From Bugula neritina (Eukaryota; Animalia; Bryozoa), in NCBI GenBank assembly GCA_964035545.1, contig OZ037773.1:1641751-1705750 (forward strand): a DNA stretch of 64,000 nt. The letters run 5' to 3'. This document shows positions 39,223-52,799 of this stretch, in pieces (positions within the stretch are counted from its first letter, which is position 1; every line of letters begins with the position of its first letter). Below the pieces are notes generated by a model. That model worked only from the letters and a program-made list of their open reading frames with translations, was not told the DNA's origin and did no database searches. A program made the position numbers and the translations under genes.

Positions 39223-41906
39223 ATGGGTCTCCACATCATGTTAACTCTACTGAGCACTGCGCTCACTGCTTGGGCTATACCATTGACCTCTAGACCATTG
39301 AGTGATTTTATCAATCACTTTGAGATTCTAGACTATGATGTCCATGAGCTGCATAGTAGACATCAAAGGTCTGTCAATTCTGGTCAGCAGAGAAAAGATC
39401 ATCCAGTATTCTTCACTCTTTTGGCCTTCAACAGGTGTGTTGAAGTTGCTCTTTTCATTTAGTTACTTACTGGCTTAACAAAATGCAGTGCCCTAAATTT
39501 GGTTCATGGAAATGACATTGTTATGATTGTTTTTATATCTTCCTAATTATCATCATGTATGAAAGTTCTGTCTGTGGTTGTTGCAATCTAAGTTGGTACA
39601 TGCTATGTTTCCAACGAGGTGAGAATGTTTTGCGGATATTCTGAAGTTATTGGTTTTTAGATCGCATGTTCTGCGGTTGACACCTGACGATGTGACCTTT
39701 GACCCAAGTGCAGACCTGAAATCAGGAAAGGAGATAATTGACCTTGACATTTCGCATTTGTACCATGGCTATGTAATTGGTAAGACAACTTTTCAAGTAA
39801 CATCAGAAGCATAAACTCAATTCCGGGTCGCAAAACTTGTCTTTTTCGTTAAAGAAATGATTTACTAAGACCTTTGGTTATTTATTAATGTTGAATATCT
39901 TTTTGCTGAGACATTTCTAAGCTCGGGCACCTCTTACACCCCCTTCCTGTTTCAGGAGATCCTAAAAGCAGAGTCCACGGCTCTATCATTGACGGACTGT
40001 TTCAGGGAAAGGTCCAACTCTCTGATGGCGAAGTCCTGTATATTGAAAGAAAAGAAAAGTACAAGAGACATGTGGAGCTACAACGAGACACATATGCCCA
40101 TTCAGTGGTGTATCGAGAAAAAGATGTTCAAAATATCAATACCTTTCACAAGTAAGTGTGACTACAATATAAACTAGTTTCATTCGAGTAATTACGTATG
40201 TTAAGTGTTGTGTAATATGTTATATTAAATGATTATATCATAATAAGTGAACATGTATGATGGGGTGTTGTAAGATAATGCATTAAGCTGTATCGTAGAG
40301 ACCTACATGGCTACTGTGGCAATGCTAAGTTATATAACATGCACTGGATGGCTGACTTCCTTAAGAAGCGTCAACGGCGAGACACTCATGTAAGTCTCCC
40401 ATTTGATTGATTTTTGTTACTTTTAAATATTATTCATCATTGTTAAATGGTGACCCAGTCCTTACTGTTACCTTAATACAGCATCTTTACATTTGCGTTA
40501 TCTGGGAGAAAAGACACAAAAATACAAAGGAGTTGTTACTTGTTTTTTTCTCAGTCTTCTTATTCCAACTGTTGTTGGTGAAGTAGTTTTATAAAAAGAT
40601 TAATGTGAAGACAATCGTTTCCTACAGTTGGTGTTATGGAAATTTTAATACCACTTGATTAGGACCAGGAAGAAAAGGATGTTCCCCAGAGTGAAGATTC
40701 GCATATTTCTTATAACAAGTCTACAAGTACCAACTCGCATCCTTCCATGTCAGAATCGCTTGAGAATATGAGAATTGCTGGTATACAGTCTGCAGCTCAA
40801 ATAGCAGAGGATCCTAGACTAACTTGTTCTGTACAGATGATAGGAGGACCTGTCTTATGGAACCATTACAAGCCTATCGTAGTGAGTTGATATCGTAGTG
40901 AGTTGATATCGTAGTGAGTTGATATCGTAGTGAGTTGATATCGTAGTAAGTTGATACTGTAGTGAGTTGATGTCATAGTGAGTTGATATCGTAGTGATTT
41001 GATATCGTAGTAAGTTGATATCATAGTGAATTGGTATCGTAGTGAGTTGATATTAATTTAATTTAATATATTGTAGTCATATACCACGCTCTCTAACTTT
41101 GTGTCATCTGAACTTTAAAACCTTTGTTATGTTTATAACAAGTGTGAATTTTAATGCTTCAAGAACTGTCGTGCACCATAAATATTATTTGAGTATTGTT
41201 TTACTGTGTTATTGTACAAAGAAAACTGATCGACGCACCAGAATGGAGATAACGGGGCTTTTTCAATTCCTAATAAGAGAGCTGAATGGTTTAATAGAAG
41301 CAGAGACGTTTGTCAGTAGTACTGGTATCGGCTACACGGGGCTCAACGCGCGGATCAGCCGAGTGCTGGTATGTCACTATACTTACACGTGAGATTGTAT
41401 GTACACTTGGTACTATACTTACACATGAGATTGTATGTACACTCGGTATTAGATGTAAACATGAAATTTCATACATGTACATTTAAAGTTAGATGTAAAC
41501 TTGGTGATACATATATGTGTTGAATAATTTCTCTGGCACACCATGTTTACATACTCTGCTGTACGTTATGCTCTAAAAACTATACTTAGCTTTGATGCAA
41601 TAGTTCTTCCATTATTGGCTCGTAATGTATTATGATCAGTTACCTATAATTTGACTAACGTAGATCAACTCGTCTGAAGACTGTCTGAGTGCTCAGACGA
41701 GACACCCTTTCTGCGGAATAGGAATTGATGAGTCTAACCTACTCAGTTTACTGAGCGATCAAAAGGGACACCATGAGTACTGCCACTCTCACTTGATTAC
41801 AGTCAGAGACTTTAGTGAGGGCACCGTTGGCCTGGCTTGGGTTGGCAAACCTTTATGTGTGTGTTTACACTCATATTACTACCACTAATATTACTACTAC
41901 TACTAG

Positions 41907-41944
<38 letters not shown>

Positions 41945-41945
41945 T

Positions 41946-42037
<92 letters not shown>

Positions 42038-45000
42038 GTACTGCTACTGCTACTACTACTACTGCTACTACTACCACTACCACTCCTACTTTTGCTACTG
42101 CTATTACCTTTGCTACTGCTGCTGCTACTACGTGTGCTATTTTTATTGTTTTAGCCAATCCTGGTATCTGTGGTACTAAAGCTGAACACGATATTTCATT
42201 GAACACAGCACTAACTACTTTACTCAACTTTGGTGAGATCATGCCAGGGGCATTGGTTCGATTGGTGTTTGCTCATGAGTTCGGGCACAACGCTGGCTGT
42301 GAGGTGTGTAATAGTTCTTTAACTGGCATGTCTAATCTACAGCATTAAATGAACGTGTCATAACAATAACCGTAGCAATATCTTCTCTCCTGTAGCATGA
42401 TGATAAGAACTCTATGGAGTGTGCGCCAAAGAGTAGCGGAGCACCAAATGCAGAGGATGGCAACTACATCATGTTTCCTGCAGCTCAGGATGGCTACTCT
42501 ATCAACAACAGACGGTGGTCACCATGTTCAAACAGAGCCGTGGCCGCTCTGATTGAAGGTCGCAAATCGAAAGGAGATATATGCTTTACTGGTGATTACT
42601 TTAATAATGTGTGGTTTGTTTGGTCTCTACCCTCAGTTAGTAAAAGGACTTCCCTCAGTTAGTAAGAGTAACTCCCTCAGTTAGTAAGAGTATTTCTCTT
42701 AAATAGTAAGAGTAACTCTCTCAGTTAGTACGAGTCACTCCCTCAGTTAGTAATAGTAACTCTTAGATAGTAACATTGGCTAGACAAAATAGTCCCAGCT
42801 CCAATTTTGTAGAGCGCACGTTTGGTTTCTGCGGTAACAGCATCATTGATGAGAACGAGGAGTGTGATTGTGGCTTCCTGTCCGACTGCCAGGATGGTGA
42901 GCCTTGCTGTCCCTGCTGTGTCGGCAGAGATGAAGTCAAGACTGACAATGCTTGCAAGCTCAAGCCGGGAGTTTCTTGTGAGTAAGTCTTCTCATTTGGT
43001 AACTGCTGTCCGAGTTGTTCATTGGATTAGGACGGGATCTCAATTTAATAACCATAGTCAGCAAATACCACTATTGTTGCTCTTGGTTATGCTATAGCTG
43101 ACGTACAGTTGTGGTATAGGATAACCATAAGTGTTCTTTCAATAATAAATATAAAGCCGTATCAGTTAGGCTATCACAGAGTTGTTGTTAGTTACCGAAT
43201 AGTTCTGATTTGAAATTGCCCACCTTCACATTCAACCATTTTGGGCTTTGAAAGGCCTGCTTTGAACTAGGCCATGTTAAATATTAATTTTCCATTATCG
43301 TTTTGCAAATTTTTCATTTTTGAGTTGTCTATTGGTGATTTGTTCATTTTCAAGTGTTCGCTTTCCAATTAAAGATTTCGAAATGTCACGTCACCGATTT
43401 TTCAAGTTAATCACATGCTTGTGGTTGCTGCTTGAAGACATCCCTATTCACAGATAACACATGTTCTCAGAATAATTACCTACAGATAGCACATACTGTC
43501 AGTTTGTTTAGCTACAGATTACATTTGTTAACTCTTAAAATAATTGCAGTCCAGCCCAGGGCCCTTGCTGTACGCAATCCTGTGATTTCGACACGACTGA
43601 GAAAATTTGTCGAGTCGAAACTGAATGCGCGTCTTCTGCGTTCTGCTCCACCAACAGCTCTGAATGTCCTCCGGGAACTCCCAAAGCTGATGATATGCCT
43701 TGCAATAGCGATACGCAGATCTGTTCAGACGGAGTAAGTGTGGGCTACAGCGGTGGTTGTGGTGGTAGTACTGATAATCAGTAGTCATAGTAGTAATAGT
43801 AGTATATAGTGATAGTACTAGCATATAGTGATAGTAGTGATAGTAGTAGTATATAGTGATAGTAGTAGACTAGTAGTATATAGTGATAGTACTAGCATAT
43901 AGTGATAGTAGTGATAGTAGTAGTATATAGTGATAGTAGTAGTATATAGTGATAGTACTAGCATATAGTGATAGTAGTGATAGTAGTAGTATATAGTGAT
44001 AGTAGTAGTAGTAGTATATAGAGATGGTAGTAGTATATAGTGATAGTAGTAGTATCTAGTAATGGTAGTAGTATATAGTGATAGTAGTAGTAGTAGTATA
44101 TAGTGATAGTAGTAGTATGTAGTAATAGTAGTAGTATATAGTGATAGTAATCAGTAACTGGATTCTTCTAGGAGTGTATTGGTTCAATCTGTCAGCTAAT
44201 AGCCTCAGAGTCTGGCAAGTGGAGTGCCTGCGTTGCTTCTGTTGAGATGGTTGTGGGATTTCCATGTTACGTGGCTTGCAAGGAAGAGAACTCAGACACC
44301 TGCTGGAGCTCCACCGCCTCCAACCAGGCTGACTTTCCTCCTCCTTTCAAACAGCTGCTCTCTAGTCTCAACTCTGAGAGTATCAAACTACCCGCTGGTA
44401 TTTCCTTTTAATACTTGGCAGTATAGTCTGATTGGTTGAAATTTATTGATGCTTTGTGTCTGATTGGTTGACATTGAGTGTGATCAGTCACAAGCTCACC
44501 TTTGACCTAGTAAACTGTTAGCTGATTGGTTAAGCACCGTGTTGTGTATGCGTAGGTTCGCCATGTGATGACTATAAGGGATTCTGTGATGTATTCCAGA
44601 AGTGTCGTATGTTGTACTCGCTGGGACCCATAGCTAGACTTGCCACTCAGTTCTTCTCTAAGAGCACTCTGCAAATCATACTGGAAAACCTGAGGGTAAA
44701 GGACTTTAATTGAGATTCTGTTGAAAGAATGCTCACAGCTCCTCCTACTACATTATTTTAACACACTTTAATATTAGAACTAAAGTCACACACTAAACGT
44801 ATACGTTTTCTAAATACTATATTGCAATATTAGATTTTAAAATTACATTTGACATGAACCGCAAAGAGGCATTTAGTCTATTTGGTATCTAATGTCGTGA
44901 ACTTGTGTCACAGGGTTACTGGTACTTGGCAGCGGGGGGGTTAGTTGCTCTCCTACTTCTCACGGCAGCGTTCATTAAGATCTGCGCTGTGCACACCCCG

Positions 45001-46436
45001 ACGTCAAATCCCCACTACAACAAGATAGACCGGGAGAATGAGCAGATTCAGTCTCTAGTGAGGAAGAAGAACAAAATAGTGGTACGTATAGATCTGATAT
45101 TTTCTGTGCACACTGGAGCTTTTCCTGTCGTTGCTACTGGTGCGGGACGCTACCATAGCCCTCCTTCCGCATATTTTCCTAAGTTCCTGTCTCACTTCCT
45201 TTTCGCTATCAGAACAAAATGATGGTGGAAATGAAGGCGGAGGTTAAACGTGAGAATGCAGCGCTAAAGGAGGTGCAGGACAAGGAGAAGATGATTCTTA
45301 CTGCCATTGATTCCATCGTCAACGACCTGATACAGAAGGGAGGTCTGAAAGTTGCTAATCTGCCCAGGTGAGATATTCTCAAATCTGCTGACAACGTACC
45401 AACGGAAACCTCCCTTTACAAACTCTCTAAATCGTTTACAGCTTGCCATACGTATATCAACAGTGTACGTCAGTAACTTCAGCCTGTGTGAAATCTGCAT
45501 ATCCGATTTGTTGATGAGTTACCAAATACTGTCTGTAAATAGAAGTAATTGCTGTTATTTCAATATATTATTTTAAGCTATATTGGAAGCGTTTTCTTAT
45601 TTTCTTATGAGCAAACTATTGATAGTTAAGTATAATGTAATACAGTATAATATTATGTAATACAGTATAAAATTATGTAATACAGTATAAAATTATGTAA
45701 TGCAGTGTAGTATATTGTAATGCAGTGTAATATAGTATGATGCAATATAATATAATGTAATGGAGTGTAATATAATGCTTTAGTTTTATTGCTATTAACT
45801 AGGTTGTATTATCATACCACCTAAACTATAACATTATATAGTATAATGTAGTATTTTATATTTTTATTTAATACAGTGTATTTGAATATACTATTGTACA
45901 TTGGAGTATACTACTTTACAATATAATATACCGGCACTACACTGCAATGTAATATTGATCTATATAATATTATATAAGATATTACTGATATTTGCTCATG
46001 TATTACATTACAGCACTTCGGTTTACCAAGAGACTCAAAAGAGCTCAGGTTCTTATATCTAGTTATTAACACACTCTGTTACTCAGTTTTTTCTCTGTTA
46101 GCAATTCCATTTCTCTCTGTTCTTGTTTATCAGCATTTCATACTTTCAGTCCGTAAATAGCCGCAGGATTTGTTATTCATTGCAGAGGAATCTACAGAAG
46201 GCACTGTTGAGTCAGCCTATGGTATTCAACCCCCATCTAGTGCCAGTATGTGTTTCCTTTTCTTTCCTCTTTATTATGTTATATATAGCATCACGGTGTT
46301 ACGTTATTATGTTGTCTTGTGACCATATTATCATGATATATTACTATATTATGTTGTTATATATATATTATATATATATATTATATATATAATATATATA
46401 TATATATTTATATATATATATATATATTATATATAT

Positions 46437-46512
<76 letters not shown>

Positions 46513-46731
46513 GTTATTTAGTATTGCATTGTTATATTGTCTTGTTATCATACTATTATGTTATCATATTATTGTCTTATTATATTATCATTATATTATT
46601 ATATTATTGGTATATGGTCATATGAGTAGATATCACAATGCTGTTTTTCAGACTTTCTCAATTTTCTTATAGCTGAAGGAGAACTCTTGTTGAGGAGTAA
46701 ACAGCTGCGACCTTACAAAACTGCTTCATAA
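39223..46731 (+). CDS. ADAM10/Kuzbanian-like disintegrin metalloprotease (divergent)
   Basis: Exons 39223-39434, 39661-39779, 39956-40151, 40299-40389, 40663-40881, 41222-41368, 41664-41856, 42155-42303, 42396-42591, 42813-42981, 43550-43733, 44172-44397, 44556-44695, 44914-45081, 45213-45367, 46014-46058, 46186-46245, 46673-46731 (last three less certain). Signal peptide, Cys-switch GYCG, furin RQRR, RDFSEGTVGLAWVG, HEFGHNAGCEHD, Met-turn YIMFP, CGNSIIDENEECDCG, PAQGPCC, GSPCDDYKGFCDVFQKCR, TM followed by FIKICAVHTPTSNP. Confidence 0.9.
40876..41052 (+). repeat. 16-bp repeat copying exon end plus donor (atcgta|gtgagttgat)
   Basis: About 11 copies starting at the ADAM exon 5 donor. Confidence 0.9.
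41875..42130. repeat. (TAC)n microsatellite, ADAM intron
   Basis: Direct reading. Confidence 0.95.
43760..44150. repeat. tagtagtatatagtga-type low-complexity repeat, ADAM intron
   Basis: Direct reading. Confidence 0.85.
46360..46510. repeat. (TA)n microsatellite
   Basis: Direct reading. Confidence 0.95.
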
Positions 46732-47339
46732 TCCTAGAGGGGACAACTCACGCACAGATAGAATTTAATCAAATATAGACAAGCTACAGGGAAGACAATG
46801 CTGTAATATTTAGGCAGAGATTTTGTTTAGTATTTGCTAAATAGAGTTCACTTATGATATATCTCGAAGATGTTTACTGAGGAGAAATTTGGTCAGTTCA
46901 CTTTTGCTATATTACACAGCTTCAGTTTGTGTGACTTTATAACTCTAGTGTGTCAGATTGTGATATCTTAAGTTAACGACTATAGACTATCCTCACTATT
47001 GTCATAGTTTAGTATTCTTATTATAAGGTGCTATTTTCAATAAATAAATGCTAATTGTATTCAGCTGAAACCTCTTTCTGATTACAAACATTGCAAACAT
47101 CTGTGGTTAGGTAATGAGGTCTAAATAAGATGAAACACTATGTACCTATATTACTGTGTTGACAGTCTGTATATTCTTTTTCATTCACATTTAAGCATAA
47201 TACTTTATTATGATATTACCAATATTATTGTATGTATTATTACAATTATAGCAGCTGGTAACAATCTAATGATATGTAAAAACATAACAGAATAAATAAT
47301 AACTTTTTACAATAATATTTAAGATACTGCCGAATCATA

Positions 47340-47567
47340 TAAACACGCACATACACACACACAAGTTTATAGTCACTATCCCTGTGAGAAACCCCTGAAG
47401 GAAAGGTTTTTTGTTAGAATGGGCTAAGGACTTGTTTAGACGAGGCACAGGAGCAATTATGAATGGATGCTCTTTCTAACATCATCAATGGTCTTTGTCC
47501 TGGATTCGAACCCATGACTTCGTCTTCACAAAGCAAACACTTTAACCCCTAGACCACGACTGCTCCC
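47340..47567 (-). mobile_element. tRNA-derived SINE, full-length
   Basis: Minus strand: A-box gtggtctaggggtt, B-box gggttcgaatcc, (TG)-like tail. 15-bp TSD tactgccgaatcata (47325) / tactgccgagtcata (47568). Confidence 0.9.
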
Positions 47568-48865
47568 TACTGCCGAGTCATAAAAGCCTATTGCTAAATC
47601 ATATATTTCGACTGTCTCACTTTAAAAATATATTACTCTATTTAAATAATCCCAGGAATCACAATGGTGTACACACAACATATTTTGTCTTTCTCAACGC
47701 TGCTAACGCCTGCATGCATCTCTAACTAAATGCAGCGTTTGATGAGTATAGCGTGCTGCGTGAGAAATTACCATAGCATCTTCCTATGTTGCATCATGAT
47801 ATCATAAAGTCTTGTTATATAATATTGAGTGGTACGCTTCTGTCAGATATTTAAATTTTGATGCTTCCGGCGTTCTTCAACATTGCTTTCTGCATCGAAT
47901 GCTCTTCCCATGTGAAGGCTAGTCTGTTGCCATTGACACAATAACAGATGCAAAGAGAGAGGATGAGCCTGTGACTTTGAAAGCATTTTCGTTTGTCATT
48001 CCTAAGTTTTACCCTGAAAATATCTTAGACTTCTGGTGTGGGAAGCATTGTTTTAATATAATATTCTATAATATTATACTATGATATTTTATGCATTATA
48101 TTACATAGTATATGATATATTAAAGTATAATAATAAGTATTATATTTTGATACATCTTGCTGCAATATTATATTACTAAATCATAATATTACATTAGTGC
48201 TCTATTACATTACACAGATTCTTATAGTTAGCAATAATAAAACTAAATTATTGAAGTTGTTTATTATTGAAGTTGAATCATTAGTTTAACTTGAGACATT
48301 ATTTCTAATGTTCATGAACACATAACTCCTATTGTACAGTATTCAAAATTATACGCTTTGTTGGTTTCACCCTCTTTTAATCATTTTGATATCCATTTTC
48401 CATGAATTATTGGTGATACTGAAGCTTTAACAGGGGTACAAGGCTAGCAGTGATTTTTTAGCCTTATGCTGTTTACAATGAAGCGCTTCATATGATTTGG
48501 TTGAAGTTGAGAATATATTGCTTAAGTTGAAATGCTGGGCGCTTCTGTAGATGCTGGTAATTGTGGGAGTCATGGTACATCATAAAGAGAAGAAGCTAAA
48601 AAATGTTTACAATAGCTTATTGAATTCTAAAAATGATAAAATATAAGTCATAATAAAAGTATTATGCATTAAATAATAACATATAATAAAAATATTATGA
48701 ACTAATGTAATATACTGTGATACAAAATGCAATGTTACAATATATTATGTTCTAAAATTAAAGCTGGCAAATAGTTTATTAACTACATAATATATAAAAC
48801 TCACTGTATCTCAACCTAATAGGTAATCTAACAGGTATTTAATAACTTCATTCTGTAATATAGCT

Positions 48866-49053
48866 AGGCAGCAGCCGTGGTCTAGGGGTTAGAGCGTTCA
48901 CCTAGTAAACCACGAGGTCATGGGTTCGTGCCGGACAAAGACCATTGGTGATCCTGTGCCTTATCTAAATAAGTCCTTAGCCCGCTCTAACAAAAACCTT
49001 TCCATCAGGGGTTTCTCACAGGGATAGTGACTATAAACTTGCGTGAGTTCATA
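48866..49053 (+). mobile_element. tRNA-derived SINE, copy with core deletion
   Basis: gtggtctaggggttag...gggttcgtgcc. 3' part nearly identical to the 47340 copy. 13-bp TSD ctgtaatatagct (48853/49054). Confidence 0.85.
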
Positions 49054-49937
49054 CTGTAATATAGCTGCATGTGTAAGTGGGCTTTACATAATTTATACTT
49101 TCTGAAATAAAGTATTTATCTACAGTTTTTCTTTGAAACATATTTTATTATATTAGGTAGCAAATACAACACCCTATTCTATGATTAGTTTGAATTCTAT
49201 TTAAATGTTTCATTTATCTGGGCTTAAGCTAAATGCATGCATTAAAGTTCATATAGTTTAGAACTTCTCTTTTGCTTCTTGAGCTTTTCAATTATTATTG
49301 CATATTTCAATTAAGTCTAATAGTTCACAATAAATAGCTGATTGTAACTTATAAACTTGGTACTAGAGACAGTGAATAGAGAAGCCAACTGTAGCACTTT
49401 TCGCAAGTTCGTTGAAGAGAAACGTCTGGAAAATATGACCTAGCTTTAGAAAGTGTGAGTATATGTGTTATTTCCTGTACAATATTGATGCAACAAACTA
49501 ATCATGTTATAATACAGCCTTGCTATCATGTATTATTGTATAAAATGCTGTTATAATTAAGATTTTTGTAACTGATGTTATTTTACTGAACTATTATTAT
49601 TCAGCTTGTAAAGTTTTGTCTTGCCTTAGCTTCAAGTTATATTGTTGTGTTATTGTCCTACATGGTTATAGTTTATGGTTATAAACTGACCTTCAGAATG
49701 GCAGAATTGGATAACTTGCATTGTTTTTAGCTTCTGAAATATAAATGTTCATTTAAATTAGTTAATCCTCGTAGAAAGTTGAACTTGCACTTACTCTTGT
49801 GAACACTTTTGTGTGACAGTGTTACAGTGCTTCTCTACAGCAATTACCAGAATTCTTCAAACAATTTAAAACTAGTTATGTTTTCTAAATCTTATTTAGA
49901 ATTGTGAAGTGGGATCCAAATACACCTTCCCAGAATC

Positions 49938-51490
49938 ATGTCTGCGTCCCTTCCTTTGGGTGGAGCTCTGGGACCCAGAAAGACCAGTCTACTAAGAATA
50001 AATAATAGACACGCTATGCACGATGCAAACCTTCTGAGAAAGGTGACAGCGTATCACAGACATTACGTCATCACCATGGCTAACTTGGAGTATGAGACAA
50101 AGGAGGTTAAGGACTTCCTTCGCAGATTGTACCACTGCGAGTCTAACCGAGACCCGCTGGCTAGGCGGTAAGTTGATTTAAGCTACCTCTTTATGGTGCC
50201 TTCTTTCTGGTGGAATAGTTTAAACTAAAAATATTGTGCATAAAAAACCAAGTACTCCCCAATCTATTATTTACATCTTCTATACGAGCAGTCTTTGGAA
50301 TCAGAAAGCATTCATTAGTTCTGCCTGGGAGTTGTGTTCTTAGTTAACTGCAGTTGCCCTGTCAGCTGCGCATACATATACCATAGCCTGTGTTACTTTA
50401 CATTAGATATCTCCAAAGAGTAGGGCGCAACAGAGTGTTGCCCACACACAGGCGTGTAGCAGAGAAAAGACAAGGAGCTATCAACAACACCCTGTCTGAG
50501 ATAGAACAAGTTCTAGAGGCTCAAGCTGTTACTATCCTTTCCCCAATACCTCCATCCCCCTCTCCGTCTGCTTTATCTGCTGTACCGATGGGGAAAGTTT
50601 GCCAAGGTGGAGCTCAGACTACATTACTTCCGCCTATACTTGGTAGTCCAAGTTCTAGCAGCAGAGGATCTGTGAGTTCAGACAAATTCTGAGAATTTTA
50701 GAGCAAATCTTGTCTAGTCCCTAATCTACTCGTATATGAAGGTGTTGTACCAATTAATCTGGTACTAGATTTCGTTACTTAATGTTTTATGATCTAAAAA
50801 AATTGCTTTATTTAAAAGCAAATTAGTCGTAACAAGCAACATTGGAAACCAAAGCAATATGTCTACATAGAAATGCTGAGAACTATATCTCCGTGCTTTA
50901 CGCAACAACAGAACTGCTTTCCGATACTATAAGTTCTGCTCTACATCTATAAATATTCTTATTTATTTTTCAGATTCGCCACAAAGATGTGTTGTCTGTC
51001 AACCAGTCTTTGGAGTTTGAAAGAAGTAAGACGCTACCTGCGTTAGTATCCGATAGTCGGCAAAAAAAGGTCTCTGTACTATAGTAGATTCAACTGTTGA
51101 AATGTAATACTTTTATAAGCATGATGGTAATGTATCCTGTTATAGTATACAGTTACGTAGAATAGCACTGCCTGTTTTGAGCTGTCACTAGCTTTTTGAT
51201 AGAAGAGTTATTTATTAATAACTACAAGTATGACTCATCATTTATGGAGAAGTTAGCTGGTGTAGAGGTCACGGTATTATTTTAAACAGGAAAGAGGACG
51301 TCGACAGAGGGCACACAACTCTCACTCGGAATTTAGTTTCCTGGATGCAGTGGAGTTGACAGGCCGGAGAGAAGAGCAAAGACTGAATCAACTCTACTCT
51401 AAAGTGAGACATTTCTGTGACAGAACGGAAAAGTTCAAACGGAGCCAATTGGACCAAGGATACATTCTGCTTCGGCCAATTACATTCTGA
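49938..51490 (+). CDS. Uncharacterised protein, ~263 aa, N-terminal and C-terminal helical blocks
   Basis: Exons 49938-50167, 50407-50671, 50974-51069, 51290-51490 with GT-AG and compatible phases. In-frame stop just upstream of the ATG. AATAAA at 51516. Confidence 0.7.
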
Positions 51491-52549
51491 TCAGCCAATT
51501 ACATTTTGATCAGCCAATAAAAATTTAGATATTTCATTCAGCTTTTCTATATGAAGAAGATATTTGTTGTAACTTTTATGTCAAAAAGTTGATTCTACTG
51601 TAAAAAATACATGCTAGTGAGGATTTCCTTTAATAGAATTAAATACAAAGAAAATATTGTAAGCTTTGTCAATACCTTGTACTATAATGTATGTTCAACT
51701 GCTACAGAGAAAGATAGTACAAACACTATTACAGTAACAGTATGTTTATGCACAAATAATATATTATGATATACACAAGTAATATATTATCATATACGCA
51801 AGTAATATATTATGATACACACAAGTACTATATCATGATAAAAGCAAGTAATATATTATGATATACACAAGTAATGTTTTATTATGTTAGGAAAACAATG
51901 TATTATATATATCATTGAACTGTTGAACAACAGGCTACGTATTCTACAAAGACTAAGGCTATATACTACTATATGTTGGCAGTGGCGCGTGGCAAAGGGC
52001 TCATAGAAGTCCGTCTAGTAAAATATGTTTTTCTCCAACCAATTGTTAGCTGGCTCTTGTCCTGTTTGGTTGCATGTCTAAATCCAGATTGATTACAGGG
52101 CTTTAGGAGTTGATAGTTTCGGGTGATTGATTGGTTATTGATAATTATTCTAAAATACAATGATTTGACACAGGATGCGTGGGCTAGTTTCAAAGGCAAA
52201 TGAACAATAACTCGTACAAAGATACATCTGGTAGACCAAAGTCTAGTTCCGTCTTCTAATATATATTCTAATGCACAACTTGGATTTAAGCTAAAAGTCA
52301 TATAACAATAAAATACAGTAAAAATGGATCCATGCATCGAAGTGTTGCACCTGATAGAACAGGTTATGATGCTCAGTTTGTAATATTTCAAACCACAGTC
52401 AGTAGTAACAGCAATAGTTCAACAATACAGGTCTTTGCTGGCTTATATGAAACAGGTTTAAAATGCGATGTAACAATCACTTTGGAAACACCAATAAAAC
52501 TCCATGAAATTCTGCAAATTAAATGCATATTTTTGAGACTGAATGAACG

Positions 52550-52714
52550 AACTATATATACTACATATACAGTATATATATACATATATATATATACTGT
52601 ATATGTATATATATATATATATATATACATATAAAGTATATATATTACATATACAGTATATATATACATATATATACATATACAGTATATATATACGTAT
52701 ACATATATATTATA

Positions 52715-52795
<81 letters not shown>
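52550..52795. repeat. (TA)n-rich microsatellite
   Basis: Direct reading. Confidence 0.95.

Positions 52796-52799
<4 letters not shown>

Noticed and set aside
47495-47567. tRNA gene
   Set aside because: A and B boxes are present but continue into a SINE body with TSDs, and no complete cloverleaf is evident.
51070-51084. TAG at 51082 as the gene's main stop
   Set aside because: A phase-0 donor at 51069 and an open 67-codon exon at 51290-51490 followed by AATAAA give a better model. Kept only as a possible isoform.
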